A DNA stretch of 64,000 bases, taken from contig CP060223.1 of assembly GCA_023898465.1 (NCBI GenBank), positions 480,001 through 544,000 of the forward strand, in the 5' to 3' direction. A model generated the notes under the pieces. It was not told the origin of the DNA. It saw nothing but the letters and a program-made list of their open reading frames with translations, and searched no databases. Within the stretch, counting starts at the first letter, position 1, and every line of letters begins with the position of its first letter. The translations under genes and the position numbers were made by a program. Below, in pieces: positions 20,582 to 28,506 of the stretch. Source of the stretch: Candidatus Nomurabacteria bacterium. GTDB taxonomy: Bacteria; Patescibacteriota; Patescibacteriia; HK-STAS-PATE-3.

Positions 20582-21099
20582 AAATCCTTTTCTGGATGAC
20601 GTAAGCGCAAAATCTTATCTGTCTTAATTTTTGCTTCTTGCTCGAGATAATATTGACTCACGCCCGGGATAAATCGTAGCCAACGTAAAATAACCTTCGT
20701 TATGGCCTGTACCTTTACTTTTACCGCACTCAGCAATTCGGTAACCTTTTGAGCGGTTTTTTCTCCTTCTTGTTTGAAGCGCTGCTGCTGCTCAGGACTC
20801 ATCCCGCGAAAAACCTCTTGCAGATTTTCCTCCAAAATAGCCTCTACCTGCTGCGCTGGCGTACCATAAGGGAGGGCCGGCTCTATTTGACTGGTCTTAG
20901 TCTGCGGTTGAGCAATTCGTCGTCGAGATTCCGTATCAGAATGTATTTTTTCCTGCTCGTGTTGCGACTCACTTTCAAGAACCCTTTCAGGCTGCGGAGC
21001 CTGTTCAATCCCAAATTCAGGAGCTATCGCCTCGGGCTTTGCACGCTCTGGCGAAAAAGCCGGTGGTGCTTCTTGATGTTCCTTTGTTTGATCAGCCAC
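20578..21099 (-). CDS. Hypothetical acidic/charged protein with a helical C-terminus; start overlaps the T4CP-like gene (ATGA)
   Basis: ORF with 4-nt overlap coupling to the downstream ATPase; no recognisable domain. Confidence 0.4.
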   Translation of the reverse strand: MADQTKEHQEAPPAFSPERAKPEAIAPEFGIEQAPQPERVLESESQHEQEKIHSDTESRRRIAQPQTKTSQIEPALPYGTPAQQVEAILEENLQEVFRGMSPEQQQRFKQEGEKTAQKVTELLSAVKVKVQAITKVILRWLRFIPGVSQYYLEQEAKIKTDKILRLRHPEKDL

Positions 21100-21179
21100 G
21101 TGTGTTCCCCTATACCCCTTAAAACAAATGAAAGTATAACATTTTCATCTTGCTTTCTCAACTTGAAGAAAAAAGAAAA

Positions 21180-21265
21180 GCCCCGCTCCAATTTGTTCGG
21201 AAGACTCCTCGGGATGAGAAGTGCTCGGAACAAACCAGAGCGGAGCAGATAAGGCCTTACCCAAT
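21180..21265 (-). terminator. Long imperfect hairpin followed by a T-run on the minus strand, downstream of the 61-aa gene
   Basis: GCCCCGCTCC...GGAGCGGAGC outer stem with internal complementary arms, then TTTTCTTTTTT on the minus strand. Confidence 0.5.
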
Positions 21266-21272
21266 CAACGGC

Positions 21273-21458
21273 TTAGTATGCACCCATGTACACACTTGCA
21301 CCGACAGCCCATAAAAAGCTGAAAAGAATGAGTAGGGCAGAAAGTGTGACACCTTCCATAACTTCAACCAGGACATGTGGCTGTGCTTTAGCTTGGGCAG
21401 CAGCTGGCTGGTCAGTAGTTGAAGCTACCGGTGTGGTATTCATTTGTGATGGTTCCAT
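21273..21458 (-). CDS. Small membrane protein (61 aa) with a hydrophilic N-terminus and one C-terminal hydrophobic helix; pilin-like or T4SS-associated mini-protein candidate
   Basis: Strong RBS-like AAGGAAAAAG upstream and a strong terminator downstream; sequence ...LSALLILFSFLWAVGASVYMGAY. A 74-aa + strand ORF (21286..21510) is fully antisense to it and ends at a + strand hairpin/T8 at about 21487-21520, so the coding strand is not certain. Confidence 0.4.
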   Translation of the reverse strand: MEPSQMNTTPVASTTDQPAAAQAKAQPHVLVEVMEGVTLSALLILFSFLWAVGASVYMGAY

Positions 21459-21528
21459 TTTTCTTTTTCCTTTTTGCTCCGTTGTACTGAACGGAGATAA
21501 TTTTTTTTAAACCGACTCCCTTCGACCT

Positions 21529-22530
21529 TTATACGGGAACTTGGTTTCGAGATGATGAGGTGGGAAGTGTTGGCGCAATCTTAGGAGCATGCGCTTGCAG
21601 CTCTTCTTCCAGTCGGTTGTCCTTTTCCCACTCTTGGACAACGGTCAGAATATCAGATTCGATAACTGTTGGTACTTTGCCGTCTTGATTGTTCAGTGAC
21701 TCGAGTTTTACTTTGGCAGCCGCTTCATCAATCACATCAATTGCTTTATCCGGGAAATGACGGTTGCTTAATTTTTGATTAGAAAGTTGCACCGCATAAT
21801 TTAATGCCTCGTCGGTAATACGTACACCATGGTGCTTTTCATATCGCGAACGTAATCCATACAAAATTTTTAAAGTCATGTCGGCACTTGGCTCTTCAAT
21901 GGCAACCGGCTGGAAGCGTCGCTCTAGAGTACTGTCACGTGAAATATAATTTGTATACTCTTCAGGGGTAGAAGCGCCAATGACTTGTAACTCACCGCGT
22001 GCTAGAGCCGGCTTCAGAATATCGGCTGCATCAATTGCACCAGATGCCTCACCTGCCTCGGCTAAGGTATGAATCTCGTCGATGAACAAAATGATTGTTC
22101 GGTTCGCATGAATGATTTCATCGCGTAAAGTTTTTAAGCGCTTCTCAAATTCACCGCGATATTTTGTGCCAGCAACCAAGCCAGCTAAGTCGAGAGCTAG
22201 CACGCGTTTCCCTTTCAAAGTTTCGGGAACTTTTCCGTTGGCAATTTCGCTGGCTAACTCCTCAACTATAGCCGTCTTACCAACTCCTGAGTAACCGATC
22301 AACACGGGATTATTTTTTGTACGGCGTGAGAGAATTTGAATAAGTCGATGAATCTCATGACTGCGACCAATCACTGGATCTAATTTCCCTTGGCGTGCAA
22401 GGTGGGTTAAATCATTTGCGTATAAACCTAAAGTCGAGACATGATGGCCGCCATCCCTCTGTCCCTTAACGTAATAAAAAATTACCAGCAGTCCAATCAA
22501 CCCAATTCCGAGTGGTACAAATATTTCCAT
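21529..22530 (-). CDS. Membrane-anchored AAA+ ATPase equivalent to a ClpA/ClpB-type D1 module only (no Clp_N, no M-domain, no D2)
   Basis: N-terminal TM helix [21 protein letters not shown], then the canonical ClpB D1 signature [43 protein letters not shown], Walker [12 protein letters not shown] and sensor/arginine-finger region; 333 aa. Confidence 0.75.
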   Translation of the reverse strand: MEIFVPLGIGLIGLLVIFYYVKGQRDGGHHVSTLGLYANDLTHLARQGKLDPVIGRSHEIHRLIQILSRRTKNNPVLIGYSGVGKTAIVEELASEIANGKVPETLKGKRVLALDLAGLVAGTKYRGEFEKRLKTLRDEIIHANRTIILFIDEIHTLAEAGEASGAIDAADILKPALARGELQVIGASTPEEYTNYISRDSTLERRFQPVAIEEPSADMTLKILYGLRSRYEKHHGVRITDEALNYAVQLSNQKLSNRHFPDKAIDVIDEAAAKVKLESLNNQDGKVPTVIESDILTVVQEWEKDNRLEEELQAHAPKIAPTLPTSSSRNQVPV

Positions 22531-22578
22531 AACCTTTTTTGTTTTTCTTTTGCTTACAGCGCTTAACGCTGTACGTTT

Positions 22579-22842
22579 TTATTCTTCTGAGGTAACAAAG
22601 ACTTGATCTACGCCGAGCACTTCGCCATTGCGATATGTTTTTGTCGCGCTAGCGGTCGGGATAGTGTCTTGCTTCCCGCCTGTCCAAGTGTAGATGGCGG
22701 AAAAAAGAACTGAGCCAAGTACGATAACACCCACTGACACAACATAGAGCAGGGCTATTTTTTGACTTGTGCTTACTTGTGTAGTGGTTTGTACTGGGAT
22801 TGTTTTTTTATTTGGCATAAGGCCTCCTGGTTTGAAAAACAA
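22579..22842 (-). CDS. Small single-TM protein (87 aa)
   Basis: ORF with one hydrophobic helix; unknown function. Confidence 0.3.
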   Translation of the reverse strand: MFFKPGGLMPNKKTIPVQTTTQVSTSQKIALLYVVSVGVIVLGSVLFSAIYTWTGGKQDTIPTASATKTYRNGEVLGVDQVFVTSEE

Positions 22843-23183
22843 AGACCATATTCAGTCTTTGTGTTTCTTTTACATTTACTATTCTAGCACACTTTTTTAC
22901 TTTTTGCAAGCATAAAATAACGCGTCAATTGTTTCGGCAATGTTCAATTTAATATATTACCAAACTCCCTGGACTACCACGTTCAGGGAGAGCGCTTCTT
23001 CCGCGAAGGTGGTACTTCGCGGAATTGTAAAGGTGACTTTATTGCCCCCCCTCCCTTCCCTATTCCATGCACCGTCCAAGATAAATTCTTGGACTACGCG
23101 GTTATTATTTTCTCCTGCGTAGCGCAGGCGAAGAATTCATCTTCGCCATTCAGCATCGCTGGAGTTTATACAAAAACTTCAGG

Positions 23184-23224
23184 CAAAAGAAAGACGCCTG
23201 CACTCAAATGAGTAACAGGCGTCA
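23184..23224 (-). terminator. Intrinsic terminator for the lipoprotein pair
   Basis: Perfect 8-bp stem GACGCCTG/CAGGCGTC followed by a T-run on the minus strand. Confidence 0.6.
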
Positions 23225-23263
23225 TGGTGGTGAGTGAGTCGGGAAGATCATACTTCCTCCTCA

Positions 23264-23713
23264 CTACTGTCCGCGAACCGTGAAGTCCGGTCCGCCGTTG
23301 TTGTTGGTGCACACCGCGACGACCCAAGCGTACTTGCCCGTGAAACCGCGGACGGTTTCAACTTCGTAGATGCGCTCAGCCGTGATCGCCGGCACGTTGA
23401 TGGTGAAAGTACGAAACACACGATCACTGATCTGTGACTGATACACTTTGATAGTGTATCGCCCCTCGTTCAGGGTCATAGTCCCGTACTCATTGGGATG
23501 CACGGTCAGTCTTCGCGGCGGAGTACCGTCTTGCTCGTCCGCCGCTGCATGCCGAGTGATCTCGTACGACAAGGTGTAGTTCCAGTCGTTCGAGAAGATG
23601 CCTTCCGAACCTGCGAAATCCGGTCCCGTGAGCGTGAATGCACACCCAGAGAGGAGCGACGCTACGATGCCCAGAAGAGCAACGATAGCGAAGAAACGGT
23701 TGAACACCTGCAT
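23264..23713 (-). CDS. Lipoprotein (lipobox LLSGC), GC-rich gene
   Basis: MQVFNRFFAIVALLGIVASLLSGC signal with lipobox; local GC clearly higher (about 57%) than the surrounding genome. Confidence 0.5.
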   Translation of the reverse strand: MQVFNRFFAIVALLGIVASLLSGCAFTLTGPDFAGSEGIFSNDWNYTLSYEITRHAAADEQDGTPPRRLTVHPNEYGTMTLNEGRYTIKVYQSQISDRVFRTFTINVPAITAERIYEVETVRGFTGKYAWVVAVCTNNNGGPDFTVRGQ

Positions 23714-23719
23714 TGTTCA

Positions 23720-24142
23720 TTACCTCCCAATCACCACGCCAGCAGCGTAGCGATGGTTGTAGTAGCGGAAGCTCCGTCCTTGATATGGGACGAAGAACTT
23801 TCCGTCACGTGTCTTCTTCCCATCGACGTTGAAGGATGTCCAGAGATACTTGCCCTCCGGATACCACTTCACGAAAGTCGGACATGTTCCGTCCAACGTG
23901 AATTGGTCCAGAGGATTCCTGTCAGAATCGTAGACGATCACTCGTTGCGTGAAATCCCGAAGTGGACCAGTGTTGGCGAAGATGACTTCCCCGCCTCCAG
24001 TCGACTCCACCACCTCGTGTCCATGCGCGACAGGGTTGTCGCACACGAAAACTTCGTGACAGAAGCGAGCTGTCGGTCCGCAACCCGTGAGGAGGGTCAC
24101 GCCAGCAGTCAACAACATGATGACAAAGAGCGAGCGGTTCAT
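23720..24142 (-). CDS. Lipoprotein (lipobox LLTGC), GC-rich gene
   Basis: MNRSLFVIMLLTAGVTLLTGC signal; same GC-rich islet as the neighbour. Confidence 0.5.
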   Translation of the reverse strand: MNRSLFVIMLLTAGVTLLTGCGPTARFCHEVFVCDNPVAHGHEVVESTGGGEVIFANTGPLRDFTQRVIVYDSDRNPLDQFTLDGTCPTFVKWYPEGKYLWTSFNVDGKKTRDGKFFVPYQGRSFRYYNHRYAAGVVIGR

Positions 24143-24245
24143 TTTCCTTTCCTCCGTAGCTAGAGTGCTTCCAATTGTGAACAGAGCATGATAGCATATT
24201 TTCTCTATTTTGTCAAGAGGAGTAATAAATAACCTCCAACCGAAA

Positions 24246-24267
24246 GCTGAAGATGGCCATCTTCAGC
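24246..24267. promoter_or_regulatory. Perfect 22-bp palindrome GCTGAAGATGGCCATCTTCAGC in the divergent intergenic region between the lipoprotein gene and cysS
   Basis: Seen directly; no T-run follows, so it is more likely an operator or RNA hairpin than a terminator. Confidence 0.35.
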
Positions 24268-24316
24268 TGCGAATACTATTGCCCATGCACTCCTCTACTT
24301 GCTACACTTCCCCTAC

Positions 24317-25693
24317 ATGGAACTCCAGCTATTCAACACACTGACACGACAGAAAGAAATATTTACTCAACCAGACCAGAGTCCGGTAAAAATGTATTCA
24401 TGCGGACCAACGGTGTATGGCTTCGCGCACATTGGTAATCTCCGCACCTATGTGTTTAGCGACCTCCTCCGCCGAACTCTTGAGTACAATGGTTTCAAAG
24501 TTGCCCAAGTCATGAACAGCACCGACGTTGGACATCTCACCGACGATGCTGATCAGGGAGAAGATAAAGTCGAGCAACAAGCCAAACGTGAAGCAAAAAG
24601 TGCGCTCGAGCTCACTCGTTCCTATGAGGAAGCCTTTCTTCATGATTTAGATGCCCTGCATATCGAACGCCCTACCCAATGGCTACGTGCGAGCGAACAC
24701 ATCCAAGAACAAATTGCCTTGATTCAACAACTTGAGGCAAAAGGGGTTACCTATCAGACTAGCGATGGAATTTATTATGACACCAGCACCTTCCCCCGCT
24801 ACGGCGAATTCGCCCGACTACATACGGCCGGACAACAGGAAGGCGCCCGCGTGCAAGTGAATACTGAGAAGCGTCATCCGACTGACTTTGCTCTGTGGAA
24901 GTTCAGTCCAGCTAACCAACAGCGCCAAATGGAATGGGGTTCTCCTTGGGGAGTTGGCTTCCCGGGCTGGCATCTAGAGTGTTCAGCTATGGTGATGAAA
25001 GCCTTTGGACCGACTGCTGATATTCACACCGGCGGTATTGATCATATTCCTGTCCACCATACGAATGAAATTGCCCAGAGCGAAGCAGTGACCGGCCAAG
25101 CGCTGGCCCGTTTCTGGCTGCATGGCGAATTCCTTATAATAGACGAGGGTCGTATGGGTAAATCTGAAGGAAATGCGCTTACCTTAAAAACACTGCAGGC
25201 AAAGGCCTTTGATCCTATCGCCTACCGCTTCTGGCTATTGCAAACTCATTATCGCACCAAGTTAAACTTTACCTGGGAAGCTCTCGAGGCAGCCCAGCGA
25301 GGTTGGCAAAACATGACTGCCGAAATAGAGCGTTGGGGCGCTATAGAGCCGGGACAAAGGAATGAAGATTTTGAGCAGCGCTTCCACGAAGCCATCAACA
25401 ATGATTTAGATCTGCCAAAATCTATGGCTATAACTTGGGAGTTGTTGCGCTCGGAAATACCTACCAATGATAAACTGGCCACCCTCTTAGGTTTTGATCG
25501 AGTTCTTGGACTAGGTATTGAAAGCATCCGCCCAATTACGCTGCCTGAGGAATTAAACACCTTATTACAAGAGCGCGAAACAGCCAGACAGGCAAAGGAC
25601 TGGGAAAAGGCGGATACGCTTCGTCAGCAACTTCTCGATGCTGGGTATGTAGTTGAGGATCGACCAAGCGGCGCTTTTGTCCGCCGAGCCTAA
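24317..25693 (+). CDS. cysS: Cysteine--tRNA ligase
   Basis: MYSCGPTVYGFAHIGNLRTY (HIGH-class motif), KMSKS-like RMGKSEGN, CysRS Zn ligand region; start probably MELQLFNTLTRQKE. Confidence 0.9.
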   Translation: MELQLFNTLTRQKEIFTQPDQSPVKMYSCGPTVYGFAHIGNLRTYVFSDLLRRTLEYNGFKVAQVMNSTDVGHLTDDADQGEDKVEQQAKREAKSALELTRSYEEAFLHDLDALHIERPTQWLRASEHIQEQIALIQQLEAKGVTYQTSDGIYYDTSTFPRYGEFARLHTAGQQEGARVQVNTEKRHPTDFALWKFSPANQQRQMEWGSPWGVGFPGWHLECSAMVMKAFGPTADIHTGGIDHIPVHHTNEIAQSEAVTGQALARFWLHGEFLIIDEGRMGKSEGNALTLKTLQAKAFDPIAYRFWLLQTHYRTKLNFTWEALEAAQRGWQNMTAEIERWGAIEPGQRNEDFEQRFHEAINNDLDLPKSMAITWELLRSEIPTNDKLATLLGFDRVLGLGIESIRPITLPEELNTLLQERETARQAKDWEKADTLRQQLLDAGYVVEDRPSGAFVRRA

Positions 25694-26068
25694 TTACACT
25701 GAGACAAAGCTTTTTGCATAGGTGATGGCTTCATCCATGCCGCCTTCGTATTTCACCACGTACTGATCAGCCACTTCCCTACCTGCTTGCATATCCACGC
25801 GTGAACATAGGGAGCTAAGGAGTATTAAGGGGATGTGCTTTGTACGCTGGTCAGCTTTAATGCAACGAGCAGAGGCAATTCCATTCATCACTGGCATAAC
25901 AATATCTGAAATTATCAGGTCCGGCTTTTCATTCATAACTATAGATACCGGATCAGCACTTGGGTTAGTAAAGTGTCGCACCTCAAAGCCAGCTTGGCGC
26001 AGACGCTGGCCAAACTTTTCTGCAAAAGCTGGGTCATCTTCAAAATGAAGTACTCGAGGTTTAGACAC
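25694..26068 (-). CDS. Stand-alone CheY-like receiver domain protein
   Basis: HFEDDPAF acidic pair, DLIISDIVMP phospho-acceptor Asp, conserved Ser/Thr and Lys positions; 124 aa. Confidence 0.7.
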   Translation of the reverse strand: MSKPRVLHFEDDPAFAEKFGQRLRQAGFEVRHFTNPSADPVSIVMNEKPDLIISDIVMPVMNGIASARCIKADQRTKHIPLILLSSLCSRVDMQAGREVADQYVVKYEGGMDEAITYAKSFVSV

Positions 26069-26147
26069 AGAAGGAGTATAGCAAACTTTCTATATACTTA
26101 TGCTATAGTAAGACTGCTTAAATAATTGGATCATTTACGAGGGGAAA

Positions 26148-26834
26148 ATGAAAATACTACTCATCGAAGACAACCCAGAAATCCGTGAGTTTCTCAAGCC
26201 GGCTTTAGAAGCGGAGGCTTTTTCAGTTGATATTGCTGAGAATGGTAACATTGGTGCAAAAATGTCATGGGATCACACCTATGACTTGATTATTTTGGAC
26301 TACATGCTGCCGGATAAAAATGGCTGGGAAGTATGCCAAGAAATAAGAAATCGTGGAAATAAGGTACCTATTCTCGCACTTTCGGTGGTAAATGATACCG
26401 AAAAGAAAGTAGAATTTCTCAACTCAGGCGCTGATGACTATCTCACGAAACCTTTTTCCTTTAATGAATTATTAGCCAGAATTAGGGCACTTTTGCGTCG
26501 ACCCGATACTTTTGTGCACAATACACTGGCCGTTGGTGACCTTGAAATGGATCTCATTCAGCAAACAGTACGATGTGGGGGCCAAGAAGTATATCTAACT
26601 CGCAAAGAGTTTGAATTATTGGAGTATTTAATGCGAAACCCAGATCGTCCTTTATCCCGAGGAATGATTATTGAGCATGTCTGGGATATGGCAATTAATA
26701 CTTTTTCAAACACAATAGAAACGCATATTTTCAATTTGCGTCGGAAGCTCAATGAAAAAGCTTCGCGACAAATAATCGAAACACTCCCGGGTCGAGGTTA
26801 TAAAATAAGTTCAGTTTCCAAAATCACTTCTTAA
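26148..26834 (+). CDS. OmpR-family response regulator (receiver plus winged-helix)
   Basis: MKILLIEDNPEIREF, DLIILDYMLPDKNGWEV, C-terminal LTRKEFELLEYLMRNPDRPLSRGMIIEHVWD trans_reg_C. Confidence 0.85.
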   Translation: MKILLIEDNPEIREFLKPALEAEAFSVDIAENGNIGAKMSWDHTYDLIILDYMLPDKNGWEVCQEIRNRGNKVPILALSVVNDTEKKVEFLNSGADDYLTKPFSFNELLARIRALLRRPDTFVHNTLAVGDLEMDLIQQTVRCGGQEVYLTRKEFELLEYLMRNPDRPLSRGMIIEHVWDMAINTFSNTIETHIFNLRRKLNEKASRQIIETLPGRGYKISSVSKITS

Positions 26835-27051
26835 GATAAAGTTAAGCAATTCTTTATCTCACCTGCTCTATAGTACATGTGCGCCTTGCTGGTCGACATT
26901 GCGCAGTAGTACAAATTTAATAGGAATAAGCCACATGAGCACCTTACTGGAGCAAATGCTCAACCAAGTTGAGACGCGGGGGGAATTGCAGAGCACCGAA
27001 ATTGCTCTGCAGCAAAGTGAGTTCCAGCCCTGGTCTCCCTGATAGCGCAAA

Positions 27052-28506
27052 ATGAACGCTCCGACGCCTCAGTTTGGAAACGGCTTTTTTTCAAAACCGA
27101 ACTACCCGCGTAAGGGCGTTCATTTTTTTCGTCTGCTTTTTGCACTTAAATCCATTGATGAGGATAAGCGTCGTAAGGAATTTATTCTCCTTATTATTCT
27201 GACGACCTCCATACTTATTGTCCTAGCGCTGAATCTCAGCGTACTTATTCGATTACTGCAAAGCCCTGACTTCACCGATCTGCGAGTTGCCGTCCCTTTC
27301 ATCATACTTCTCGCCTTTGTTTTTCTCTTCTGGTTAATGAAAAAACAACACATTACGATTACATCGTACATTGTCGTTGGAGTATATTTCTTCAGTATAA
27401 GCTTTGCTGCTTATACTTGGGGTATTGATTTGCCGGCCGCACTACTGAGTTTTGGTGTCCTCCTTTTTATTTCCGGAATGCTTATTTCAGCTCGCTTTGG
27501 TATTGGCTTGGCTATTGCCACTGCGGCTATCTTGATTTATTTTGCGTATCTGGAAGAGCACGGTATACACACACCGGACCGAGCCTGGATACAACAAGGG
27601 ATACGAGTAAGCGATGCCATAAATTTTTCTATCATACTGCTCTTTTTAACTGTGATCTCATGGCTGGCTAACTCCCAAATCAATAAATCTTTGCAACGCG
27701 CTCGATATTCTGAGGAAGCCCTGAAACAAGAGAAAGACCTACTAGAAATTACGGTACAAAATCGCACAAAGGCTTTGCGAAAAATTGAGCTACAAAAAAT
27801 ATCCGAGCTGTCTCAATTTGCTGAATTTGGCCGACTAGCAGCAGGACTGTTTCATGATCTCATTAATCCACTTAATGGCCTGCTCTTAAATATCCATCGC
27901 CTCTAACAAAGTGATGAAGCAAAGCAAGGAGACACACAAGAACGTATACAGCAAGCCGTAAAAGTAGGAGCTAAATTACAAGAATTTATTCAAAGGATTA
28001 AAAAGCAAATTAGTCGGGAACAAAGCCATGAAATATTTTTCCCAGCAAATGAGATTAGCGATGTTATCGAGCTACTGCGATACCAAAGCACTGAAGCAAA
28101 GGTGCATATCGCCTGCGTGACCACTAGAGAAATTTCCATTTATGGCTCCCCTCTCCTGTTTAGACAGCTCATACTCAATCTCCTAACCAACGCGATTGAG
28201 GCGTATCAAGGAACTGAGCAAAAAGATAAAACTGTACTCATCACACTTCATGCAGATAATGCAAATAATGAACTGAGCGTCCGAGATCATGGAGTTGGTA
28301 TCCCGAAAGATAAGCTCTATAAAATATTTGAGCCATTTTATACGACCAAGCCTAGTGATACTGGGATAGGCATTGGACTATCCACCGTTAAAAGTATTGT
28401 TGAGCAAGAATTGGGAGGAAGTATTAAGGTGCAAAGCGGCGAATATACAACCTTTACCATTCGTTGGCCTCAAAACTCTTCACCGACGCGACATGGAGAA
28501 CACTAA
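27052..28506 (+). pseudogene. Sensor histidine kinase (multi-TM sensor, HisKA H-box, HATPase_c) interrupted by a single in-frame TAA at 27904-27906
   Basis: H-box LFHDLINPLNGL immediately before the stop. The same frame continues QSDEAKQ... to N-box LILNLLTNAIEA, G1 DHGVGIP and G2 GIGIGLSTV. The ORF track splits it into 27052..27906 and 28102..28506. Confidence 0.7.

Noticed and set aside
23498-24163. 221-aa + strand ORF, plus ORFs 23490..23720 (-) and 23922..24197 (-)
   Set aside because: All lie antisense to, or out of frame with, the two lipoprotein genes in a GC-rich segment, where long spurious ORFs are expected. The lipoprotein frames have signal peptides and lipoboxes.
27904-27906. 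In-frame TAA in the histidine kinase as evidence of stop-codon reassignment
   Set aside because: All other long genes in the window (dnaX, copA, the 1806-aa protein and others) are uninterrupted, and TAA terminates many of them. A single nonsense mutation or a base-call error is far more likely than recoding.
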